A program made the position numbers and the translations under genes. Positions 7,737 through 23,452 of a stretch of DNA of 47,081 nucleotides are shown one piece after another. Position 1 is the first letter of the stretch, and each line of letters begins with the position of its first letter. The notes under the pieces were generated by a model. That model was not told the DNA's origin and did no database searches. It saw only the letters and a list, made by a program, of their open reading frames with translations. The DNA is taken from contig WELB01000013.1 of the NCBI GenBank assembly GCA_009602725.1, forward strand, positions 1,121,732-1,168,812. Reading direction: 5' to 3'. The stretch comes from Spirogloea muscicola. Lineage: Eukaryota.

Positions 7737-10691
7737 ATGGCCGCGCCTGCCGCCCCCTCGGCCGCCGCCGCCGCCGCCACCGCCGNGCTAGCCGCAGCAG
7801 CCGCCTGCATCGGCTCGCGCTGCCGGCGATGCGGGCCCGTCAGCCCGCCGCGCGGCCAGCCACCGCTGCAGCGCTGATCGCGCCGGACGGGGGCTCGCTG
7901 GTGGACCTCGTCGTTGCGGACAAGGAGCGCGCAGCCAAGGCCGAGGAGGCAGCTGAGCTCCCGCAGATCAGCATCAACCGCGTCGACCTGGAGTGGGTGC
8001 ACGTGCTCTCCGAGGGCTGGGCAAGCCCGTTGCGCGGCTTCATGCGCCAGCGGGAGTACCTCCAGTCTCTGCATTTCAACTGCATCCGCAGCCAGGTCAG
8101 TAACTCGCAGTCACTGTCCCGGCACCACTCGTTTGGACATGTCCCGCTGGTTGATCGCAGCAGCATTCCAGCTCGCTCACCGTTCTGACCCGAGACTGTC
8201 CTCGCCCCTACGCGAGTGTCTTGCGCCCCTGCAGGATGGGTCATTGGTGAACCAGTCTGTGCCGATAGTGCTTGCCATTTGCGACGATGACAAGGCGAAA
8301 CTAGCAGATGCAACGGCTTGCACACTCATTGGCCCTGCTGGCCAGCCCGTTGCCATTCTGCGTGAGTACGTGAACGATCGAAGCCCCTCCAAAGCGGGGC
8401 AGCGTAGGAGGTGTTGGAGGACAAAGGTGGCATGGGTGTGGTCTGGAGAGGTTTTGGCATCAGAGCTGGCACCAGAGCTGGCTGGCAGCAGGCCTTACTG
8501 GACTCTTCCAGTGTCAATTCGAGCTAGGCGAAGAATGCACGTCTGACTTCAAGGACTTTACCTGTGATATGACTCGAGGAGGCAGATGAGATCTGAGGGA
8601 AGGTGGGGCCAGTGTAGGATTTTTGAGGTGTGATGATCTCATTGACTTGTCATTCACTTCCCCTTCTCTTCTTGCACCAGAGCAGTCTCGAAGTGTACAA
8701 GCACAACAAAGAGGAGCGCATTGCGCGCACATGGGGCTGCACAGCACCTGGGCTGCCTTACGTGGAGGAGCACATAAGTAAAGCTGGTGTGATGCCTCTC
8801 TATGAGTTTCACACAGTCTGCTGCACTCCTCGCCCTGTGCTGCAGTCTTCCTCCTTCTCAATCACTACACATGGTGATCGAGAAGCTGTGCCACATCTCC
8901 TATGCTCCAGCTTTCTGCATCAATGTAATTTGCATCAATGTGAAAGAGCTCTGTTATCTTCTCAGGTGACTGGCTTTTGGGTGGCGACTTGGAAGTGCTG
9001 GGTCGCATTCGATATGGGGACGGGCTTGATTCCTACCGCCTCTCTCCTGCTGAGCTGCGAGCAGAATTTGAGAGGAAGAAAGCTGACGCAGTCTTCGCCT
9101 TTCAGGTGCCCCACAATTCCTTCTGAAAATCAGCCCAGCAAGGCTTGATATGAGCAGACTGTCCACTGCCCTGTGCCAAGAATGAAGCACATTCGGGGGT
9201 CTAGGTCAGGCGTGCTTTACATGATCACATCCAGCCTGGCTCCAGCATCTACTTGTCCACCAGTAACGGAGGTGCTCCAACTGTCGTTCACCAGCTCCGC
9301 AACCCAGTGCACAATGGCCACGCACTTCTGATGACAGACACCAGGAAGCGTCTCCTCGAGATGGGCTTCCAGAATCCAATCCTGCTCTTGCATCCTCTTG
9401 GCGGCTTCACCAAAGCGGACGATGTCCCCACGGACTTCCGCATGAAGCAGCATGCCAAGGTCCATATCAAGATTCCTCCCATTCAAATAAGCTTTGACCT
9501 GGGTGTTATTTTCACACATTTCTGAGCCTGACTCCTTTTAGTATAGACAGTGATTGTACGCCGGATGTGGAGTACAGGTTACGTGTTTTCTCAACAGCTC
9601 AGGTGTCTCTCTTGATGATCTGCAAGTGATGAATCCTCATGTTCTCCTCATGTTCAGGTGCTTGAGGAGGGCGTCCTGGACCCTTCAACAACTGTGGTGG
9701 CCATCTTTCCTTCCCCCATGCTTTATGGAGGACCAACGGAGGTTCAGTGGCACGCTAAGGCGCGTATAAATGCAGGAGCTGACTTTTACATTGTGGGCCG
9801 AGATCCTGCTGGCATGGGCCACCCCACTGAGAAACGGGACTTGTATGATCCTGAACATGGCAAGATGGTGCTGTCAATGGCACCAGGTTTAGAGCGATTG
9901 AACATCCTACCCTTCCGGGTAAGAGCTGCTTGGAGCCGCTTGACATAGATAGGTTCAGTTCAAATTCACAGGACGCTTCTTGAACTGGCGATTGATAGCC
10001 ACAACCTGTTTGACAACCTGGAGAAGAGGCAGGTTGCCTTCCCTCAATGGTCGTCATCTGTAGTACCTGACAAGCCTCGAACAACGTATGTAACAGGTGG
10101 CTGCCTATGACAAGACCAAGAAGCAGATGGCATTCTTCGAGCCTTCCAGGGCAGATGACTTTTTATTCATATCAGGCACCAAGGTACGGCAGCCCAGCCA
10201 TCTCCCATCCATCTTTGGATTCATCTTCACCATCGAGTCGTTACAAGCTCCTAGCAGAGTCGCTGCCTGCTGTCGTGCTTTCACGTTTCCAATGCACTTA
10301 CACCAAAGCTCACGTCTATGCAAGCCAGTTGCAGACCAAGGGGCATTGCATGTCTACTACAGTGCTTTGAGCTCATTGTCAATGAGGGTTGTCATTGCTG
10401 ATTCAATTGAGGCACGGCAGTTGATGCCTTCCATCAGGCAGAGCTTTGTCACTGGCTTTGCAGTCGAGTATGCAGGCGCATATGCCAGCAGCAGTCCCAA
10501 TCGTCGCCTTCCGAGCGTGTGCTGTCACAGTGTGTCGTGCTCACGTGTCAAAGCCATGTGCGGTGGCGCAGATGCGGAACTTTGCGAAGGCAGGCGAGAT
10601 GCCGCCGGAAGGCTTCATGTGCCCGGGAGGGTGGCAGGTGCTGGTGGACTACTACAAGGGCGTCGCAGCAGCCGAGCCGTCGGTGGTGTGA
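7737..10691 (+). CDS. APS: ATP sulfurylase (plant type, with putative plastid transit peptide), 8 exons
   Basis: [67 protein letters not shown]. All introns GT-AG. One unresolved N at 7787. Confidence 0.95.
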
Positions 10692-10984
10692 TGGCTGGCA
10701 GACAGAGATGCAGCGAGGGAGGAAGACGTGGACCACGGGCCCCGGTATGGGGGGGGTGGGGGGGGGTGGGGCACACGAGGGGGCGCTGGAGACGAGCGGC
10801 GTGTGGGAGGGGTAGCAGCGTGCGGCGAGGTGCCGGAGCCAAAGGGGCCCGCCATCAGTGTCGGCCGCCTTGCGCGAGCAGCGGGAGGCCGGCGGTTGGT
10901 TGGGAAGCGCGAGGGCGAGGAACGCTGACTGCCGATGTCGGCGAAGCGGCTGCAGGGAGGGAGAGGATGGGGTTTGAGCGGAGG

Positions 10985-11190
10985 GGGGCTGCGGGGCGTG
11001 CCCCCAGCCGGAGAGAGAGAGGGGCGCGGTGCGCGTGTGATTGATGGGAGGCCAACTTGGAGCCTTAGAGGGGTCAGGACTGGTAAGGGGGCTAAGGGGG
11101 TCCTGCTCTGACGGTACCCACGAGTGAGCACACTCATATCCGACAAGCTAAGCTGAGGACCAGCAGCCAGCCACGACGCCGCGGCGGGCC
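10985..11190 (-). mobile_element. Isolated retrotransposon 3'-end relic between APS and tufA
   Basis: LSDMSVLTRGY on the minus strand, with GTACCCACGAGTGAGCA identical to 6480-6496. The UTR resembles 6105-6233, and there is a terminal hairpin at 10987-11009. Confidence 0.7.
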
Positions 11191-11389
11191 GCCCGCCCGA
11201 TCCCCCCGCATCCGACGGCCCGCGAAGCCCTCCCTCCCCCCCGGCATAGCCCCCCTTGGCCCCAGGCCCCCCCCCGCCGCCGCCCCNNNNNNNNNNNNNN
11301 NNNNNNNNNNNNNNNNNNNNNNNNNNNNNNNNNNNNNNNNNNNNNNNNNNNNNNNNNNNNNNNNNNNNNNNNNNNNNNNNNNNNNNNNN

Positions 11390-14029
11390 CTCGCCCTCCC
11401 CCTCCTCCTCCTCGCCCTCCTCCTCCCGCCCCGCCCCCCGCCTCAGCCTCGCCTCCTCCTTCGTGCCGCGTCGCGGCTTCGCCACCTCCTCCCGCCGCGC
11501 GCCCCTCGGCCGCGCGCCCCGCCGGCCCGGGCACGTCGTCTGCGCCGCGCGCGAGAAGTTCGAGCGCACCAAGCCGCACGTCAACATCGGCACCATCGGC
11601 CATGTCGACCATGGCAAGACCACTCTCACCGCCACCATCACCATGGCCATGGCCGCCGCCGGTGGCACCCAGGTCGCCAAGAGGTTCGCCCGACACGCGC
11701 CGCCGATGCCACCGCCGCATACCTGCGCCTGACTTGGCGCTGTCAGCAGCATGCAGTGGAAGCTCTGCTTCCGCTTTCTGCAGCGTGTGCCGAGCACACC
11801 TCGAGCTGGCCAGCAGCCTCGTCCGGCCACGTTCGCGGTCGCGTGTTCGAGTCCAGCTACGGAGGGACGGGATGTCGGTCGTACGGTCGTCGGCTGGAGC
11901 GGATCGGCTGCTGCTCTGTGGGGCGTTATGGGCAGGGCCAGTCTGCTGTGACACCTGGACTGCTCCTCGCTGTAGCAAGCTGAGGTCGGCCGTTGTGGCA
12001 AGGTCCTGATGCTGAGGATGGCCCCCCTCGCAGGTACGACGAGATCGACGCTGCACCGGAAGAGAGGGCTCGTGGAATCACCATCAACACCGCCCATGTG
12101 GAGTATGAGACGGAGGCGCGCCATTATGCTCATGTCGACTGCCCTGGCCATGCCGATTACGTCAAGAACATGATTACAGGAGCAGCGCAGATGGACGGAG
12201 CGATTCTGGTTGTCTCTGGCGCCGATGGCCCTATGCCGCAGACTAAGGAGCACATCCTTTTGGCAAAGCAGGTATGGCTGAAAGCCTATCCATTCGGATG
12301 CCATCGCACTCACCTTGTGACAAGCCCACACATGATGAATCATGACAGGCAAATCCTTCAAGAAATCGCTCTCTGGCAGAAAACTCTGCATAGGTGATGG
12401 TTAACGCCCGGGCTTAGTAAAGGGCTGCTTGCTTAAGCATTGCATATCACATATGATTCTTGCTTCGAGTAGTCATCCGTATGTTGTCAGGCCCTAAGCC
12501 TGAGCAATTCATGTTCTGCTCGGGGGAAGGTCACTGAGGTGCTGAATGCATGACTCCCGTGTGCGGCTCCTTTCCTCCTTCACTGCTCCTTCTCATAAGC
12601 AGTTCTGATTGGCCTACAGGTCGGCGTTCCCAATGTAGTAGTCTTCCTGAACAAGGAAGATCAGGTGGACGATGCCGAGCTGCTGGAGCTTGTGGAGCTT
12701 GAGGTGCGTGAGGTCTTGAGCCACTATGAGTACCCTGGCGATGACATTCCCATCACGGCAGGCTCAGCTCTTCTGGCACTGGAGGCCCTGACGGCTAATC
12801 CTAAGATCAAGCAAGGGGAAGACAAGTGGGTGGACAAGATCTTTGCTTTGATGAAGACGGTGGACGAGTACATTCCAGTGCCGGAGCGGGCAGTAGACAA
12901 GCCCTTCCTCATGGCAGTGGAGGATGTCTTCTCTATCACTGGACGTGGCACCGTCGCCACTGGCCGTGTAGAGCGTGGCGTAGTCAAGGTAGGCCTACTC
13001 CTGCAATGTCATGTCTGCCTGCTGCATCGGGAGGTCATACAGGCTCATATGTACGATTGTATTGATGTGGTGTTGTGATCCAGTGACCTTGATGGAGTAC
13101 AGTGCTGGCAGGTTCTCTAAGTACCTGTGTTGTTGCGCAGGTTGGTGACACGGTTGAGATTGTGGGGTTGCGAGAGACCAGATCGACGACTGTCACAGGA
13201 CTGGAAATGTTCCAGAAGGTTCTGGACGAGTCAATGGCCGGAGACAATTGCGGAATGCTTCTGCGTGGTATCCAGAAGGCTGACATCCAGGTAGTTGCTT
13301 CCTCTTATAGCGATCCGGTGTGCTGTCATCGGTTCTGCTTGTTGTCTGCCTCAGAGCATCACTACACTTCAGCATGTCCACCTTGTTGCAGGTTTTTTTT
13401 GGTTGCAGGTGACGCACTGAGTACTGGGTGTCCTTTGAGCACCTCAGTTGCTAGTTTGTTCTGCATTGATAGGACGACTTGGACTTGGGCTGTGCAGTCA
13501 AGTAGGTCTACTCATCTCCATCAACAAGTTGTTTAGGGATTGATGTCAGTGTTGGTGTGTCTTTGCAGAGAGGCATGGTCCTTTCCAAGCCTGGTTCTAT
13601 TAAGCCACATGCTAAATTTGAAGCATCAGTGTACATCCTGAAGAAAGAGGAGGGGGGGCGCCATTCGCCTTTCTTCACTGGCTATCGTCCTCAATTCTAC
13701 ATGCGGACTACAGACGTCACTGGAAAGGTTCTGGAATCTGCTGCGACGTTGACTAGGTCGTTGATTTTTGTGCAATGCTAGAGTTCCTAGCTTTGGCAGT
13801 ATTTCATTAAGTTGGAAGTGTGCTTGTCTGATGCTCGGATTTTCATAACCAGGTGGATGAGGTGACAAATGATAAGGGGGAGGAGACGAAGATGGTCATG
13901 CCTGGCGATCGCGTTAAGATGGTGGTAGACTTGATTCAGCCAGTCGCATGCGAAACTGCTATGAGATTTGCCATTCGCGAGGGTGGCAGGACCGTTGGGG
14001 CTGGTGTCATATCCAAGGTGCTAGATTAG
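11390..14029 (+). CDS. tufA: Nuclear-encoded plastid elongation factor Tu, 6 exons (start codon in N-gap)
   Basis: Ser/Arg/Ala-rich transit peptide ending [38 protein letters not shown], and the cyanobacterial/plastid-type insert [15 protein letters not shown]. Spliceosomal introns. Confidence 0.96.
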
Positions 14030-14412
14030 ATTCTCTTAGCAGTCCATGAGAATTAGAGCACATGTGAGCTTTGACAAGTGCCAGGGCTGTGTTTCTCAGA
14101 GACTATTAGACACACTTACTTCTGTCATGTCGAGGATTTATGTCCACACGGCAAAAGGCCCTTGCTACGGTGTGTGTGCAAGGCGAAGCCCGGGTTGTTA
14201 CTGGTACTTCTATTGATGGCATCTCCAGCTAATTGGTATGGGCGTGATTATGCTACGCAGCTACTTTCCTGTGTGATGTTCAAATTTAATAACTTGCCCC
14301 TGGTGCTTGATGCAATGATCGGTACTGCAGTTGTCACAATTAGGAATGCATGCTAGGGTGCATGAAGAAATTGCAAAAAGGAGCAGCAGCCATGCTTTTA
14401 CAGTGAGCTTCA

Positions 14413-14464
14413 CATAAGTGTCAAGCTCACTAAGCACGCCATAAATGTCAAGCTCACTGAGCAC
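14413..14464. repeat. Two-copy tandem repeat, 27-bp period
   Basis: CATAAGTGTCAAGCTCACTAAGCAC / CATAAATGTCAAGCTCACTGAGCAC. Confidence 0.7.
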
Positions 14465-14864
14465 AGGACACAAGCGTGCAAATCTGCCAAAGCCTGCTCA
14501 TTTTTGGTTGCTTGTAGCAGTAATGGTGAGAGATGGAAATTGCGGTTGAAGTATGTCAAGACTGACTTCCTGGCCAGCAGCTTGCCTTGACTTCGGCAGG
14601 TGAGATCAGCTTCGGACGTTAGACAGGAAGTCAGATATAAGCTGTCATGTAAGATCAGGTCTAGCCTGTAGTATGTCGTCATCTCATTGTAGGGGCTACC
14701 TGCAATGTCAAGGGTAGGTGGCATGTTTTGCACAGGCATAAGCTTTGCAGACATGCCTTCATGGCATTGATGGCTTTAACGTGGTATATTTGCCAACATT
14801 AGCTGGAATCTCAGAGCTGGAAAGTCGCTTGATGTAACCCAGGCTCATAGGAGCGGTCCCTGGG

Positions 14865-14905
14865 GAGAGATGGAGTGCCGGTGCGCATGAAATGGACGGG
14901 AGCCG
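14865..14905 (-). mobile_element. Possible short relic of the 6105-6233 UTR subfamily
   Basis: GAGAGATGGAGTGCCGGTGCGCATGAAAT versus GAGATAGAAGGCGCGCGGTGCGCATGAAAT. Confidence 0.35.
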
Positions 14906-15548
14906 AATTAAGGGCAAACCCTGTTCAGGCAAAGCCAGTGCATAAGATGGGGCTACACGGGGAAGCCCTAAGGGAAGCTTTGGGGGGTTAAGCTTGAATG
15001 GGTTAGCTCGGCACATTGTGCTCATCCTGATTCTGGGGCGACCGCGCCACTCTATACGTCCTAGCAATGGCTGCCACCCACCCTGGGTGCGAGCGGAGCC
15101 TCTGCAGCTCTGATGTCTGTCTGCATCATGAAAGAATCTGCCTCTGTACCACTGACACGAGGGTTGTCTGCTAGTCCTGTGCACAAAGACGGGAGAAGAT
15201 GAGAAGTTCGGCTACCAACACAGTCACGAGGAGCAACATGATGAAGAATGGTGGGATAACAGTGGCAGTCTCTAGTATGGCTCTAGGAGCACTTCTGCAT
15301 TCCAGCAGTGGCATGCAGGACAATGCGCCAATGCAGAACTTTACTTACTCTGTATGCCAGAATGGGGCAGCGTAAGCTGCACAGGTGTCAGTCATGTGAG
15401 CAGCAAAGCATTCCAGCACCCAATTCTGGCAGACTCCCAAGGGTGAAAGTAGATTGGGTTGTTGGAGACAATGTATAGCTTGCAGTTGAGTGGCAATCCA
15501 AAGCCTGTGCATATCAGAGGGGCATTGTCGGCACAGTTTTCAACAGTC

Positions 15549-19939
<4,391 letters not shown>

Positions 19940-20594
19940 CCCCCCCCCCCCCCCCCTTCCAGCCGCCTTTTGGCCCGTCGCCCCGAGCGACGGGCTCAAC
20001 GGAGCTTCTCCTGTGCTCACCCGAGGCTACGATATTCACATTGTTACCTTAGCCACCTTAGTATAGGGCTTCGTGTCATGTAGCCCCACATCATGCAATA
20101 GCTCTTGCCTGACAAATGTGCCAGCTTGTGTTGGCCACCCTTCCCTTGATGTGCACTGCGCGCCTTCCTCCCTTCCAACAGCTAATTTACTACCTGATGC
20201 TGACACGGAGGATGCTGTGGATGGCCCTGTCTGCCCTGCCTGCAGCTCTGGAGTGTTGATGCACTTCAATACAATGCATTGCAGATGCACTTCAAGACTC
20301 CACTATCTGCACTCAGCTGGCTTCACAAGCCCCTATTTACCAGCAACCGCAGTCACTTCAACATGCACAACCCTGACTGTGCCCAGCCCCACAGTGCAGC
20401 TCGCAGCGCGTCTTGAAGTGCCGTGATAGTCGCCCGTGGCCAGGTGGGCACTGCCTTGCCGTGGTCCTCGCCCGCCCGCCAATTGGAGCCTTGCTTCACA
20501 AGGCTCGACAGACGCTTGCAGTATGGCTGCAGCAGGCTGGATAACCGGAGCACTGCTGCAGCCATTACATGTCTCGAATGCCAGATCCGACGGT

Positions 20595-23007
20595 TCAGCG
20601 GAGCAACGGCCTACTACTGTCAGCCGTTGCCAGCGGATCCAATGTGCGCATCAAATGGCCTCGGGCCTTGTGGAGGCCGGGATAGTGCAGCGGCACTGCA
20701 TCGCCCGACCCTGCTGCCTCTGGGGACCACCATTGCGCCCGCATTACCGCTGCCCCAATTGGTGGTAGGGCCAGCGTGCCGCTCAGCACCAGCAGCGCAG
20801 CCGCCATGGCCTCAAAGCGCTGGGGCAAAGAAGTGGCCGAATGCCTCAGGGCCGCCTGCAGCGTGACTTCCAATAGCACGCTCAAGGCCGCCGTGCTTGC
20901 AAACAGGGCCGCCAGACGCCTCTCGGGTGGTGACCCTGGGGCAAAGCTCATCCTGTCACGGACAAGAGAAAGGACACCTTGCTCCTGTCAATGTGCTTGT
21001 CATGCGCTCGCGAGGGCACGCCAAGGGGCCTCCCCTTGCTTGGGACCTGCCCTCTGCAGCGGGCGCAGGCAGCGAAGCAGCAGGATGTGCAGTGACTATG
21101 GTGACATGCCTGGAGATATGTGACCGGTGCAGAGCATGGGAGGAGGCCATAACATCCGCCAGCTTCACCTCCATAGCCACTTGCGCGGAGCACGCCACCG
21201 CCGTCACCTCGTGCACGCACTGTCAGGTCAACCCGGATCACCCTAGTTCATAGGTGGTGGATCGCCTTGCACAATAGCATATGACTCAGTGGCCTCCAAC
21301 CAGTCCTTCTATGAAATTGCTGTCAAACTCCCTGGCAAGACTTCGCCCAATGTAGGCAGCACTACCAGCGGCATACCCATATCCCCAAGGCCCAAGGAGC
21401 ACTGCGTGCCTGGTAACTGAGGATTGAGGCGTAGGTGGCAAAAAGAGGCCCCCGAGCGGCCGCTGCGAGCAGAATAGCGCAAATCACAGGGCTTCCCATC
21501 TGGAGAGCCATTCGATGATGTTCCAGGGGTGCTGACGCACTGGTCCCTGTGAAAGCGGCCGCAAGTGCGTACATAGCGGCAGAGAAGTAGCCATTAACCT
21601 CCCGACTCACATCCTGCTGTGCCACGACCTTCACAAGCGCCTGGCACATCGCAACGAGCATACAAAGCCGTGAAGTATTTAGCTCGCATGCGCATCGCCT
21701 GGTGCAACCAAGCACACACCAGGACAGGGTGTGTGCTGACCTGCCAGTACGTGAGGGAGGAGCGGTGCACGGCGCCACTTCCCAGTGCCCACCAGGTCCA
21801 GCCACCAACGCCCGTGACGCGCACAGCCGCGGCCATGTCTGCGGCCCACGTCTTCAGGAGGCCCGAAAGCTGACAAGCAGCGCACATTTGCAAGGAGTCA
21901 GGTTCCAAATCACAACACAGATGGGGCTTGCTTGACCAAGGGACAGGAAGACAGCACGTATAGCGATAGAGACCCAGAGCTGCGCAAGACTACAGGCAAG
22001 CACGTCTACAAATAGGGCTGACTGCTGCGCATTGACCGGCTAGCAGAGGGTCAGCTCGTTGAGGGTCGCTATTGATGCTCAAACATCAATGCAGGCAAGC
22101 CCCCCCCACCATCAGCTAGCCAGCTTTCTGGCACAGAGCAAGGGCCTGCACTCGCCGCAGACTAATTGACAGGCAGAGCAGGGCGGACTCGTGAGGCCGT
22201 TGAGGTGGCGGCCCCAGGACCCCCAGGCTCGTCTGTGTTGCTGGCGACATCGGCAGCATCGATGTCAGATGCCGAGGCGGCGAGCGAGAGCGCCACGCCG
22301 AGGGCAGCCAGCTGGCCGAGCAGCGAAAGTAGGAAGAGAAGGTCGAGGCCCAGCTGCTGCCGCAGGAGCTGTCCGGCCAGCGCGGACAAGCAGATCCCTG
22401 CACTGCGCCCAGGTCAGCAGGCAGCCATCAGGCAGCCAGCAGTTGCCCCCGCTCGGCCAGGCATTCTTCCATACAAGAATGGCGTGTCATGAGGAGTCAT
22501 TGTATTTCACCTGCAAGCGCGGCGGCCTTGGAGCCGTGAGCGCCGAGGCGGTACTGGGAGCGCTGGACGCAGCCAAAGACCAGCGCGGCGAACGCGGCGT
22601 GGCTGGCAAAGGCGAAGGCCACCGTGACCTGGCCTGCCTGGAGCCAGGCCCGGCTGGCGCCCGCCGGCGCGCCCAGCGTGAGCGCCACCGTGGCCAGGCC
22701 GGCGGCGCTGCCCGCGACCACCACCGGCTTGCAGCCGAGGGCCTCGCTGAGGAGGCCAACCTGCGCCGCCGCGCCGGCCAGCTCCATGGGCAGCGTCGGC
22801 GGTTCCGGCATCTCTGGCGGGGCCGCATGGCAGGCGGCGACGTCTCTGAGGACGCGCCGGGTGGACGACGCCTGGCCTCCGCAGCTGCAGAGGCGCTCAC
22901 CAGGAGGAGTGCTGGCAGGTGGCAAAACTGCCAGATAGGGAACACGTCGCCGTAGACCTGCTTGCCGCCATGGAGCACCGGCATGAGCAAGAACCGGGGC
23001 TGAGGTT

Positions 23008-23039
<32 letters not shown>

Positions 23040-23227
23040 AGCGGCGCACCTGGCGCATGGTGAGGCCTTTGGCCACCATGTATTCCACCAGGAACGGCTC
23101 CGACGGCTGCGCGAGCCCCCCACAGCATCGAGGCCTCAGAGCGCGCACGCTGAGCGCCTCCCGCGGCGCGACGGGCGCGGCGCCGCCTCGAGCGCTCACG
23201 CGGCGCGGCGGCGGCGCGTAGGCCGTG
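20595..23227 (-). CDS. SLC19/reduced folate carrier (folate/thiamine transporter)-like MFS protein, ~8 exons, start in gap
   Basis: PSEPFLVEY, VFPIWQFCHL, LSEALGCKPVVV, QY......AAALAG, SALAGQLL, WTWWALG......TYWQ, NGYFSA, YASILSYQ...SAQVA, AALFAST..L..LEV.L.......L.QRF. These motifs are colinear with SLC19 signatures. The C-terminal end is uncertain. Confidence 0.8.
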
Positions 23228-23452
23228 NNNNNNNNNNNNNNNNNNNNNNNNNNNNNNNNNNNNNNNNNNNNNNNNNNNNNNNNNNNNNNNNNNNNNNNNN
23301 NNNNNNNNNNNNNNNNNNNNNNNNNNNNNNNNNNNNNNNNNNNNNNNNNNNNNNNNNNNNNNNNNNNNNNNNNNNNNNNNNNNNNNNNNNNNNNNNNNNN
23401 NNNNNNNNNNNNNNNNNNNNNNNNNNNNNNNNNNNNNNNNNNNNNNNNNNNN

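Noticed and set aside
20952..21125. Further GC donors (SLC19 CAG|GCATGT at ~21109; helicase AAG|GCCACG at ~18525)
   Set aside because: In-phase GT alternatives exist and the regions are too poorly conserved to decide.
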